Source of the DNA: Octopus vulgaris
Lineage: Eukaryota
Assembly: GCA_951406725.2 (NCBI GenBank)
Contig: OX597820.1
Span: forward strand, 106,702,001 to 106,766,000
Length of the DNA stretch: 64,000 bases
Reading direction: 5' to 3'
The position numbers were made by a program, and so were the translations under genes. The notes under the pieces are model-generated. The model did not search any database and was not told where the DNA came from. It was given only the letters and a program-made list of their open reading frames with translations. Position 1 is the first letter of the stretch; the number at the start of each line of letters is the position of its first letter. Of this stretch, positions 52,304-64,000 are shown one piece after another.

Positions 52304-53319
52304 TATATATATATATGCATACAAGCATAGTGCTAGTTTGGTATAAATTTGTTAAATTAAAAATTTGTGGTAATAAAACATACAATGACATATTAAAAAG
52401 ACGAATTAAAATTTCAGAGAAAAATACATAGAAGACAAATATACAAATTTACAAAAATACATAAAAGTTCATCTACGGAGATTAATATGAAACATATTAT
52501 ATATTTAAAATTGACACTCCCCTCGTCAGGATGTTTTTTACACACAACACATAGTACACGGAAACAAATGCTCAATTACATACCTGCTACATGCGAAAGA
52601 CCAGACATTACGTACTCCCAAAAATTCTCCTAGATACTGAATGCTACTTTATAAGCATATAATTCAATCTAGCAGCTATAGTAAATGGTATGAGCACATG
52701 TCCATCTGGACTAATTCACTTCTGCACTCAATTAAATTTTTCATCTTTTAATTTCTCCCATTCATGCAAAGCCACATATTCGAGTTCAAGTCCTTAATAC
52801 ATTTTATACTAATTGCTATTTCTTCTTTTAATTGTTATATAATGATTTAATTACCATTTTAATAAAATAAAATATATTTAATTACCACTTACTATATTTA
52901 CTATATTTAACTCAATTGTTATTATTACCTCTAACTTTTATTGCAATTTTTATTTCTAAATTTCTTATGGAATGTCGAGTGGATCTTATGCGTACAATAT
53001 ATTTTAATATTTATATATTACTATATATTTCTAAACGTCGGGCTTTATGTCTGTTCTGTAGATATATATGAATATATGTATGTGTTTGATCTTTCTGTGG
53101 ATTTTGTAGTGCTTTTGTAGTTGCTGCTCGCATTGCCTCCCCTCGGATTAAAAAGTGTATTCCAGTGGTGGTGCCCCAGCATGGCCGCGGCCTTCAGGCT
53201 AAAACATTTTTAAGGATTTAAGGCTTTAAGCTCATTTGAGCACTACTGTTCCAGTCTGTTATATATTTTGAGCGTTGTTGTCACTAACGATCTCAAGATA
53301 TAACTTTATATTTTGTAAT

Positions 53320-53580
53320 ATCTTTATATATATAAAACTGAGAATGTGTGTGTCTGTCTGTCTGTCTGCTTCCCTAAAACTTGAGAACTACACAACCGAT
53401 TTAATTCAAATTTTACACATGCCTTACTTAGGGTCCGGGGAGTGTCATCAGCAAAAAAAATGTTCAACTTCTTCCTAGAGCAAGCCCATAGCAATATCAT
53501 ATCTTCTCCACTAAAATTCCCTAAAACTTGAGAACTACACAACCAATTCCATTCAAATTTTACACATGCCTTACTTAGGC
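53320..53580 (+). mobile_element. Helitron-like 5' end, same family as 42518-44227, truncated
   Basis: TCTTTATATATATAAAACTGAGAATGTGTGTGTCTGTCTG..., the reverse complement of the 44227 end. Confidence 0.7.
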
Positions 53581-55330
53581 TCTCATCCTCCCATTCATTC
53601 TCCACATTCAGCAGTCTTTCATAATGGCTTCTCCAAGCCTCTTTCTTTTCAGAATCACTAAAAGCAAGTGCACCATCATCCATTCGAGCACATTTCTCTC
53701 CTGTGACATCACAATTTTCTCTCACACACTGTCTTGCAATCCGAAATACCTCAGTTCTTTGGTCCTCATATCACTGGACATTGGCAAACTTCTTCTTTTC
53801 CGCTTCACCCTTGGCTATGGATACCTGCCACCCAACCTACCTTTTGGTTACCTGGTACAGTTCCCTGCTACCCCAACCCTGTTCTTTGCTCTAATGGCAT
53901 TGTCTACCATACTATTCCACCATCACATAACTCTAGGTCTGGAAGGGACTTTGCACCATCCGCAGACTTGGTCTGTGGCACTCAGCCAGCTGTCCCGTAG
54001 GAATTTCCAGATACCGTCTATGTCTGATGTCTGTAGCTCCTCTCCCTCTCCTCAAATTTCTTGATGAGGATGTCCCTAAATCTCTGACCATGTGAAGGTT
54101 TCTTTAGTTTCCAAATTCTTCTTTTTTGGGATTGGTCTGCTTCTTGGTATCCTTCTGGCCTCGAGCCTAAAGTCACTAATGACTAGCCTATGCTGGGGGG
54201 TACATTCTTCACCCGGGAGAGTCTTTGTATTTAAGAGCAACCCTGTGTTCCGTAGTCTGGTGAGGATGAAATCAATCTGGCTAGCAGAGTCCCCTGATTG
54301 ATAGGTTATAAGGTGGCTGTCTGGCTTCCTGAAGTTAGTGTTGTAGATTAAAAGGTTAAATGCATCACAGAACTCCAGTAGCCTGGTTCCCTCATTGTTT
54401 TGGGTGCCAATACCATGGCCACCATGTACCCCACTGAAGATACCAGATTCCTGCCCAACATGCCCATTAAAGTCTCCAGCCACAAAGATGACGTCATTGC
54501 CACTCGTCTTTAAGGTAGCCAGTAGAAGGGTATCATAAAAGTGGTCATTTGGTAGCCCCGCATGTGGGCCATAGGCAGAGATAATTGTAGCTGTGCTGTT
54601 CTGCAGTACTAGACTGAGCTTAAGCATTCTATTGCATACCCTAACAACCTCTATGACCTTATCCACCCATTTCTCCGCAAGGAGTATGCCTACACCCCCT
54701 ACACCATCCATGTTACCTTGCCAGAAGACTTTATACCTATATACCTTGCCTGTGAGGACCCTAGCTGAAGCTCCTCTCCATCTTACCTCTTGTATGCAGC
54801 ATACATCAACCTGTCTCCTTTCAAGCATCTCTACAATCTCACTAGACCTACCTTTCAGTGTGCCAACATAGACAGTGCCAACTCTGAAAACTGGGAAGGG
54901 AATGTGGGGTGAGGTTTGGGGAGGAGGGATGTTATTCAGCGCCTGAAAAGAGAGTTGTTGCGGTGTTCGTTTTTTAGACATGCTTCATCTGTTCTCTCTT
55001 CTGACCTGGAGGTAGGAGCCAGTGTTAGCAGCATTGTAAGCATAAGCATTATGGTCACCGAACGATGTAAATTCAAACGGTGTAGCAAAAATATGGATAT
55101 TCCAATGTTAAGTTAGGAGGGAGTCAGCTGAAACTGGTTGCATTTGTCCAAGTAGAGGGGGATTACAGGTATAATGGAGGCTACCACCAGCGGGGAAGGG
55201 TTCAGACAGATAGAGAGGAAACAAACTCATTCCTATATACACATAAGTGCACCCACACACAGGAGTAAGCACACATGGACAGCCAAATAGCTTTCTCCTT
55301 CACTTCATAAGGCCAAGGAAAATTCCTGGG
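53581..55330 (-). mobile_element. RTE LINE 5' half (AP endonuclease ORF 54076-54981)
   Basis: RVGTVYVGTL, CCIQEVRWRG, GGVGILL, AGDFNGHVG, NNEGTRLLEFC, SQIDFIL, QHRLVISD. Confidence 0.9.
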
Positions 55331-55499
55331 TATATATCACATGATCACGTGACCGACCAGGCTATCAGATGTTGCTACACATCACTGGTCACAATGCACT
55401 TCGCATTGTTTTAGCCATATATATGAATATATATATATATCATCATCATCATCATTTAACGTCCGCTTTCCATGAATATATATATGAATATACATAGCC

Positions 55500-56280
55500 A
55501 GTATGCTCCGATGGATGTGTAATGTCAGTGTTCATACTCGACAGAGTGTAAGTACCTTGAGAGAAAAGTTGGACCTAAGAAGCATCAGCTGTGGTGTGCA
55601 AGGGAGACGTTTGCACTGGTATGGTCATGTGACAAGAATGGATGAAGATAGTTGTGTGAAAAAGTGCCACACCCTAGCGGTTGAGGGAACCTGTGGAAAA
55701 CCAGGAAAACCTGGGACGAGGTAGTGAAGCACGACCATCGAACTTTAGGTCTCACCGAGGAAATAACTAGAGACTGAGACCTATGGAAGTATGCTGTGCG
55801 TGAGAAGACCCGACAGGACAAGTGAGACCATAACCCATGACCTCTACCTGGGATGTAACCAGTCCACTTATGCATACCTTTCTTTCTTGGGACACAAAAT
55901 TCTACTTGTGAAGACCTGTTGAGGCAAGCGAGAAACAGAATCGAAATCAAAATTGACCAACATCAATGGAAATTGTAGCTGTGATACCAGTGCCGGTGGC
56001 ATGTAAGCGAACCATCCAAACATGGCTGTTGCCAGTCTCGCCTGGCCCCCGTGCCGGTGGCACGTAAAAAGTACCACCCGACCATGGCCGTTTGCCAGCC
56101 TCGTCTGGCACGTAAAATCACCCACTACACTCATGGAGTGGTTGGCATTAGGAAGGGCATCCAGCCGTAGAAACATTGCCAGATCAGACTGGGCCTGGTG
56201 CAGCCTTCTGGCTTCCCAGACCCCAGCTGAACCGTCCAACCCATGCTAGCATGGAAAGCGGACGCTAAATGATGATGATG
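55500..56280 (+). mobile_element. RTE LINE 3' end with (GAT)n tail
   Basis: MLRWMCNVS..LREKL..RRLHWYGHV.RM, followed by the 3' UTR motif. Confidence 0.88.
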
Positions 56281-56290
56281 ATATATGAAT

Positions 56291-56345
<55 letters not shown>

Positions 56346-56409
56346 GGAGTAAACACATAAATGTGAAACAAGGTGGAAAAAAGAGTACTCAAATACCAGT
56401 GGTAGAGTA

Positions 56410-56535
56410 ATATGCTTTATTTAAAGCAGCAGAAAATTCAACAAAACCTGTTACTCTGAGTTTCCTGTTGCCGGCAACGGGAAACTCAGAGTAACAGGTT
56501 TTGTTGAATTTTCTGCGGCTTTAAATAAAGTATAT
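56410..56535. repeat. Spacerless palindrome, 63-bp arms
   Basis: Centre GTTGCC|GGCAAC at 56472/56473, with three mismatches. Confidence 0.9.
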
Positions 56536-56592
56536 ATATATATATATAGATAAGAAAGTTGGTTTGTGAAAGCATGTGGGTGAATATATAAA

Positions 56593-56920
56593 AAATAGTA
56601 AAGAGTGAAAAAACGACAGCAGGCTTAAATGTTAAAAAATATATATATTTGTGTCAATATGTCTGAAGAATATTAGAAAATTTTTTAAACAAATTTTTTC
56701 CTTTATAATGACATAATTTTTAAAGAAAGACCGGTTTCGCATTTAGCTTTTCAAATTAAGAAATTTGAAAAGCTAAATGCGAAACCGGTCTTTCTTTAAA
56801 AATTATGTCATTATAAAGGAAAAAATTTGTTTAAAAAATTTTCTAATATTCTTCAGACATATTGACACAAATATATATATTTTTTAACATTTAAGCCTTC
56901 TGTCGTTTTTTCACTCTTTA

Positions 56921-56926
<6 letters not shown>
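56593..56926. repeat. Near-perfect palindrome, 165-bp arms, 4-nt spacer
   Basis: Arms 56593-56757 and 56762-56926; one mismatch seen. Confidence 0.92.
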
Positions 56927-56965
<39 letters not shown>

Positions 56966-57064
56966 TATACATATATGTATGAATATACATATATGTATGA
57001 ATATACATATATGTATAAATATACATATGTATAAATATACATATGTATAAATATACATATATAT

Positions 57065-57134
<70 letters not shown>

Positions 57135-57584
57135 TTATATAAATACACACACACACATATATATACACACACACACACACACATATATATATACATATAT
57201 GTGTGTGTGTACATATATTTGACATTGATGATGACTGATGTATATAAATCTCATGCATCTGATTCATTTAGTAAGCAGTTCAATTTATAGTTAAACAATT
57301 TGGAAACTCGAAAATCTTTGTACTGCTATTACAGCCAGTTGATGAAAAAATTGTCATTCTCAGGCATTTCCATGTATGAGTTAGTAGAGACTATGAGACA
57401 TGATATATACTTAGTCGACATGGCATTTCTGAAGAGAACACTAATGGTTTGAAACTATTTGTACTTTATTCAGAACTGAACTTAGTTATCTGCAACACAT
57501 TCTTTCATCAAAAGCTCAATCAAAAGGTTACAGACTCACCCAAGATCACCAAAAATGGTTACATGATTAATGAGAAATTATAGA

Positions 57585-58010
57585 CACAAGCGTGGCTGTG
57601 TGGTAAGAAGCTTGCTTCCCAACCACATAGTTCTGGTCTCAGTCCCACTGTGTGGTACCTGGGCAAGTGTCTTCTGCTATAGCTTCGGGTTGACTAAAGC
57701 CTTGTAAGTAGATATGGGAGGTGGAAACTGAAAGAAGTCCATCATATATGTGTGTGTGTGTGTGTGTGCAGGAGGGGTGCAAGTGTGTGTGTGTGTGTGT
57801 GTCTTAGTTTTTCCTCCCACACTGCTTGACAATCGGTTCTGATGCTTACATCCCTGTAACTTAGCAGTTCAGCAAAGGTGACAGATTGAATAAATACCAG
57901 GCTTTTGAAAAGAAATAAGTACTGGGGTTGATTCATTCAACTAAAAATTCTTCAAGGCAGTTCCCTGGCATGGCCACAGTCTAATTACTGAAACAAGTAA
58001 AAAATAAAGA
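57585..58010 (+). mobile_element. SINE family A copy
   Basis: Similar to 10087-10496. Confidence 0.8.
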
Positions 58011-59142
58011 TAAAGTATTAGAGGTGTGAAATGTGTGACCATGTGTACTCCTTTCCAAGGTTGGGTATGTCAACCATCTGAAGTTCCATGAAAAATCAAC
58101 TGTATGCAATACCTTTCCTGCTGGACCAGGTGATTTGACTTGTGTCATGTGTGAAAGGGCTTGCAAGTCAATTTCACATTTGAAGAGACATATGGGAGCT
58201 CACAGGGATGATATTTCACAGAGTGATCCAATCAATCTAGTAGAAGTTGCAACTTTCATTTGTCATCAAACTATGCAGATCTGCAGCAGGACTGAGCAGT
58301 CATTCAAGAGGTCATAGGCAAATTGTCAGAAGTATCATCAACAATAAAGAAGCTATGTGAAGATGTAGCAGTCACCATGTGTGAGTGTGTGTGTGTGTGT
58401 GTACATATGTTATCTGTGATGATGTGGAAAAGTTCATTGAAAATACACGATTTATTTTTCTTGGTTTGGTGTTTGTGTGCTTTATAAATATTTTCATTTC
58501 TTATCATTATTTAGATAAAATATATTTTACAAATGATGCCATTTCCTTTTGTTTTGCTTCAAAACACAGTATTGATTTTTTTTTATGTTGCTTCCAAAGT
58601 ACAAAATTATTTATTGATTTTTTTTTTTTGGTTTTTGTTTTTAAATTTTACATTTGCACTCATCTACCAACTGGTCTGATTTGAAATTAGGTGTTGAGAT
58701 TATCGAGGAGCTAATCAAGCTATTTAATAACGCAAGACAAATTAAAGTTGTTTTAAATATATTTCAGACAACATTAAAATTTTCACTATGCAACTGCAAC
58801 CTAACCACTGACACTTCCACTCCAGTTGCTTGAAAGTATTTTAATAGTCAGTTCTTACAGTTCATTGACTTTCTTGCCTTCTTTTGTGTTGAGATTTAGG
58901 TGTGTCATACTCATATTGTCATTAGCCATTGTTAATAATTTTCAGTTCTCAACACCCTTTCCTTTTTTTTTTTTTTCCTGCTTACAACCTTGTGCATATT
59001 ACATTGCTACATTCAATCTTTTTTCATTTTTTCTTCATTTTATTTATTATTTATATTTTATTTTACCTTCTTTCTCATTTTGAAGGTTAAATGTTTAGTT
59101 TATGCCTATCCTGTTTCTTATAAATATAAAATATATATATGT

Positions 59143-59500
59143 AGGCACGGGTGTGGCTGTGTGGTAAAAAGCTTGCTTTCCAACCACATAGTTCCAGGTT
59201 CAGTCCCATTGCATGGTACTTTAGGCAAATGTCTTCTTTTATAGTCTTGGGCAAATCAAAGTCTTGTGAGTGGATTTGGAGGACAGAAACTGAAAGTATC
59301 CATCGTGTATGTGTGTGTCTGTGTTTATTGTCTTTTCTCCCCACTGCCTGACAGTCAATGTTGGTGTGTTTACTTCCTTACAACTTAGTAGTTTGGCAAA
59401 AGAGATTGATAAAATAAGTACCAGGCTTAAAAAAAATAAGTACTGAGGTCAATTCATTCAACTAAAAATTATTCGGTCTAATGACCGAAACAAGTAAAAA
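59143..59500 (+). mobile_element. SINE family A copy
   Basis: Similar to 10087-10496; B box GGTTCAGTCCC. Confidence 0.8.
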
Positions 59501-59642
59501 ATAAAAAAAAAGATAAAGATATAAAATGTATAAACTATAAAATATTTTATTCAACTAAAAATTATTCGGTCTAATGACCGAAACAAGTAAAAAATAAAAA
59601 AAAAGATAAAGATATAAAATGTATAAACTATAAAATATTTTT
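59457..59642. repeat. Exact ~92-bp tandem duplication of SINE tail plus flank
   Basis: TTCAACTAAAAATTATTCGGTCTAATGACCGAAAC...TATAAAATATTTT occurs twice. Confidence 0.9.
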
Positions 59643-59769
59643 TCCATGGTGGTCTAAGTGCTAGAGATTAGTTTTCTACTGTTAACAAGCTTTCAAACAG
59701 TTGCAGCAGATCTGTATCAGTGTAGCTATTAAGAATTTTAGCCTTGAACAGCTGATATTTCTCTACAAG

Positions 59770-60258
59770 GCGGCCGATGCCAGCGCCGCCCCGACTGGCT
59801 TCTGTGCCAGTGGCACATAAAAAGCACCATCCATACGTGGCCGATGCCAGCGCCGCCCCGACTGGCTTCTGTGCCGGTGGCACATAAAAAGCACCATCCG
59901 AACGTGGCCGTTGCCAGCGCCGCCCCGACTGGCTTCTGTGCCAGTGGCACATAAAAAGCACCATCCGAACGTGGCCGTTGCCAGCGCCGCCCCGACTGGC
60001 TTCCGTGCCGGTGGCACGTTAAAAGCTCCAACCGATCATGGCCGATGCCGGTCCCCCCTGGCACCTGTGCAGGTGGCACGTAAAAAGCACCCACTACACT
60101 CGCGGAGTGGTTGGCGTTAGGAAGGGCATCCAGCTGTAGAAACTCTGCCAGATCAGACTGGAGCCTGGTGCAGCCCCTGGCTTCCCAGACCCCGGTCGAA
60201 CCGTCCAACCCGTGCTAGCGCTGAAAACGGACATTAAACGATGATGATGATGATGATG
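59770..60258 (+). mobile_element. Young RTE 3' UTR with 67-bp tandem repeats (~4 units) and (GAT)n tail
   Basis: Unit GGCCGATGCCAGCGCCGCCCCGACTGGCTTCTGTGCCAGTGGCACATAAAAAGCACCATCC; CpGs retained. Confidence 0.85.
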
Positions 60259-60499
60259 ACATTAGACATACTGACAAACACATTGTAATAAATAGCTCAA
60301 AGACATGCTGTTTGCCTCCATTCCTGAAGAAGAAGAAGAAGAAGAAGAACTATAGGCACAAAGTCAGGATTGGGGAGTGGGAGGTGAGCCTAGTGCATGA
60401 AGTAGAAATGTGAGGAAGAGATGTAGTTTGGTTTGTTGTAGTAGAGTGTCTAAGTGTGGGTGGGACACACAACACTTCTAGAACTCAGTTTTACTGACA

Positions 60500-60810
60500 T
60501 GGGCAGGTCTTCTAAAGAACTTCATATCACCAGACATCTCGATACATCGTCATTCCTCTGTGAGGCCCAACATCCTGAGATCAGTCCTTACCACTACATC
60601 CCACATCATCCTGCCTTTCCCTCTTCTGTGGGTACCATCTACTTTCAGTGATCAACACTTCTTTATGCAGTTGTCTTCATTCATACACATCACATGCCCA
60701 AACCAATGCAATCTTGTCTCTTGCTTGCTACATTTGATTTCTCTTATGCCCAACTTTTCTCTCAATACATTTGCACTTTGTTGTACATGTGCACTGACAT
60801 TGCACAGAAG
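60500..60810 (-). mobile_element. RTE LINE RT C-terminal fragment
   Basis: Reverse complement similar to 55500-55800. Confidence 0.75.
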
Positions 60811-60814
60811 TCAT

Positions 60815-61554
60815 TTTCCATAAGCATTTTCCTTCTGCAATTTGCTCTTGTTAAAACAGCAACCTTTGAGCTGCATTTTCATCTTGGGGAAGAAATGGAA
60901 GTCTGCAGGTGCTAAATCTGGTGGATAGGGTGGGTGTGGAAATGATACTGTGTTGTTTTTGGCGAGAAACTCAAGATTGAGGAGGGTTCAGTGACAGGGT
61001 GCATTGTCATTGTAAAGGATCCAATCCTTTTTTCTCCACAGATCCGGTCACTTTCACCAAATGTCTTCCCTCAAACGCTTCAAAACATCATTGATTGTCC
61101 TTCAACAATCTTCATGCACAAGCTGATGAATTTTCTCCACATTTCTGGGGTTGATGCTTTGGTAGGTCTTCCTTGTCTTCCAGGGACATTCTTCCATGTT
61201 CAAAGCAGCCATGCTACTTAAAACATTGCAAACAACCTAAGCTTGTCATAAGCTTAGGTCATCAGAAGCTTGCCGAAGCATGCTCAATGTCTCTGTAACA
61301 GACTTCCCAAATTTAACACAAATTTTCACATTTGCTCTTTTCTTCAACTTCCTGTCCATGACAAAAATCACAGATGATAGCATACATGTGATCACTAAAA
61401 CACAAATTTCACACCTTGTGAAGCAAACACTGCGATGTCACTCATCACACTGCCTTATGAAGATCACTGCTAGCTCTCACTATGCATGCAGCTGTGTACT
61501 GCCATCTGTTGGCACACTACAGAACTAGTCTAGGAACTTTTTGATACCACCTCA
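60815..61554 (-). mobile_element. Mariner-like transposon, same family as 21217-22118
   Basis: Minus strand reads PHPPYPPDLAPADFHFFPKMK. TIR GGAACTTTTTGATACCACCTCA|TA at the right end. Confidence 0.82.
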
Positions 61555-61556
61555 TA

Positions 61557-62010
61557 TTCACTGGATAATTTGCAAAGACCTGGGCCCACCCCATGATAAA
61601 AACTGGTTGGAACACAAACCACCTCCAGAGCTTAAGAATGATCACATCTCACTCCTTTGGAACTTTACTGTTCAAACTGACAATGATAGACGCAAATTGG
61701 CCAGACATTATACTGAAGGATTTCAGACAAAAATCATGTCACCTCATTGATATAACTGTCCCAATCAACATAAATGTATGTGTCAAGACCTACCAAAAAC
61801 TGAGTAAATATAAATGTCTTGAAATACAAATTGGCAAAATGTGGAACTTCAAGACTTAAACAATATCTGTTGTCATAGGTGCCCTAGGAATGAGAGCAAA
61901 AAGGGCCAATTGTTACCTATCTCAGATACCAGGAAATCCAAAAATGGAAGAAATTTAAAAAATAGCACTCATGGGAACTGCTCATATCCTATGAAAAACA
62001 TTGTCTCTGT
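61557..62010 (+). mobile_element. R4/Dong-like RLE endonuclease 3' fragment
   Basis: LLWNFTVQTD, ANWPDIILKD, LIDITVP, KLSKYKCL, VVIGALG. Confidence 0.8.
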
Positions 62011-62124
62011 GATTCCAAAAACACTTTAATCTGTAAACATTATCAAAAGTACTTTTAAATGTACATAATAGCGACTTGAATTTCTAACTTGTTTCTTGAG
62101 GCCTATGAGTGAGTCTTGGAGTCA

Positions 62125-63700
62125 ACTTATTATTTGTATTGGCCATGACATTGCTCACTATGATACTACGAAAAGATAAAATTGCTTACAATTTGGGGAA
62201 AGGAAATGGTCGGATAAATCATCTCCTTTTCATGGATGATATAAAGGTTTATGTGATAAATGAGAAACAGTTTGAAAGTCTTGTACATACTATCTGCATT
62301 TTCTCAAATGACGTTGGTATGGAATTTGGGATAGGAAAGTGCATTATATTGAAAATGAAATGAGGAAGATTTGAAAGAAGCCAGGGAATTGAAATGCCAA
62401 ATGAGCAAACAATGAGAGTGGTTGAGAAATGACATTGGTGTAAGTACTTGGGAATACTGGAAACAGACAAGATAAAAAATGAAGAAATGAAACAAATTAC
62501 CAGTAGAGAGTTCATAAAGAGAGTAAGAAAATTATTGCAGTAAAAGCTGAATTCCAAAAATCTTATTGAAGTAATAAATTCAAGAGCAACACCCTTAATC
62601 AGATACGGAATTGGAATAACAGAACTGGAGCAGAAACGATATAAAGAAACTTGACAGAAAAACTAGGAAGTTGACGATATATGGAGCCCACCATCCAAAA
62701 GCTGATATCAACCAGCTGTACTTGAGGAGAGACCAGGGTGGAAGAGACTTAATAGCAGTAGAAGAATGTGTAGAGATGAAAAGAAAAAGTCTAATAGAAA
62801 ATTTACAGAGCAGCACTGAAAAACTACTGAAGACAGTTAATAAAGAACAGGTTTTGAAGCACGTAATAGGAGAGAAGGACAAGAATGAAATACAAAGAGA
62901 GCATGTCAGATAGATCAAAGAGAAACCTCTGCATGGCTTATTTTGGAGTGCCACTGAAGACATATGTGGAACAAAATCCTGGGTTTGGTTAAAAAAGGGG
63001 CAATTAAAAAAAGAAACAGAAAGCCTAGTTGTAGCAGCCCAAGATCAAGTGATAAAAAACAACTTGAGAAAAAATATATATGGAAAGAATGTGTCAGAAA
63101 AATGTAGAGACTGTGGAACTTGGAACAAGACAGTGGCACACATTGTGGTAGAATGCCCCAAGTTGGCACAACCTGCTTGTAAAAGTTTTACACTGGAAAC
63201 TGTGCCAGAAATGGGGATTTGAAGCTGGAAATACACAGTACAATAATTGTGTTGAAAGAGTACTAGAGTCAGAGAAATGTAAAATTTTGTGGGATTTTCC
63301 TATTCAAACAGACAAGAAGCTAGAAAATAATAGACCAGATATTACAATCATAGATAAGAAAAAGCAAAGTTGCTTACTTATCAGCCCATCATACCCGTTT
63401 GATTCCATGATCATAAAGAAAGAGGAAGAAAAACAAAGAAAATACAATCCCTTCAAATTTGAAATAGGAAGAATTTGGAGCATGCAAAGAGTAAAGGTCA
63501 TACCTATAATAATTGGTGCATTGGGAGCAGTAAGCCAAGATATAGAAAAATGACTGAAGGATATTGAAATAGAATGCCGGTAAGGCTCCTACACAAAGTT
63601 TGTTTCTTACAGACAGCAAGGATTATCAAGAGAGTTCTAAGCACTTGAAAGACTGCTGAAAACTTGTGGATACCTAAGGTTAGAGGTAGTAACCCACTAC
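62125..63700 (+). mobile_element. R4/Dong-like non-LTR retrotransposon 3' half (RT, CCHC, RLE)
   Basis: INHLLFMDDIKVY, KYLG, LYL.R..GGR.L, CRDCG...TVAHIVVECP, WDFPIQTD..NRPDITIID, IPIIIGALG. Confidence 0.88.
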
Positions 63701-63739
63701 CCACATAAATTCTACAAAGAATAAGACCAAATCTGAGCT

Positions 63740-63930
63740 AAACCAAAAATAATCCTTTCCATTAAAAGCACAAGGCCTGAAATTTTGGGGAGAGGGAACT
63801 AGTCGATTACACTGACCCCAGTGTTTCACTGGTACTTAATTTATCGACCCCAAAATGATGAAGGGCAATGTTGACCTTGGCAGAATTTGAACTCAGATCA
63901 TAGAGATGGGCAAAATGCTTTAGCTCACCA
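63740..63930 (-). mobile_element. SINE family B copy
   Basis: Reverse complement similar to 12630-12845. Confidence 0.7.
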
Positions 63931-63932
63931 CC

Positions 63933-63970
<38 letters not shown>

Positions 63971-64000
63971 TTCAGATTTTAGCACAAGGCCAGCAATTTT

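Noticed and set aside
58135-58320. C2H2 zinc finger (CVMCERACKSISHLKRHMGAH) as a host ZNF exon
   Set aside because: It is isolated, the second finger is broken, and it follows an RTE endonuclease remnant (~57400-57560). It fits the C-terminal zinc fingers of RTE-type LINEs.
59770-60060. CRISPR-like array
   Set aside because: The units are contiguous with no unique spacers and lie in a eukaryotic LINE 3' UTR.
51420-64000. Exons 1-2 of gene A
   Set aside because: A manual scan found no convincing match to the 62-nt YW..G...GNTL exon. They probably lie beyond the window, though a diverged exon could have been missed.

Overview
AT-rich, microsatellite- and transposon-dense animal genomic DNA. 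The repeat families (RTE LINEs with (GAT)n tails, tRNA-derived SINEs, R4/Dong- and CRE-like RLE retrotransposons, Penelope-like elements, mariner/maT, non-autonomous Helitrons) suggest a mollusc, most likely an octopus; this is an inference. Manual splice-site reading finds two tandem minus-strand genes of the UPF0489/C5orf22-like (arginase/deacetylase-like fold) family, largely invisible in the ORF track. Gene A: exons 51297-51419 and 40935-42044, with no 5' exons found in the window. Gene B: exons 19352-19637, 11283-11344 and 7405-7497, with its last exon presumably left of the window. Gene B has an N-terminal hydrophobic anchor or signal and a Pro/Val stalk. Gene A is rich in Cys and N-glycosylation sequons. 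Both have degenerate versions of the family's D-S-H-x-D motif, suggesting secreted or lumenal paralogues with altered or lost activity. The window also holds six hammerhead-ribozyme-like motifs in Penelope-type terminal repeats, two near-perfect palindromes that appear to fold back at hammerhead stem II, a Penelope 3' end carrying a tRNA-like module, and a head-to-tail Helitron array. Family assignments come from remembered motifs, not database searches.
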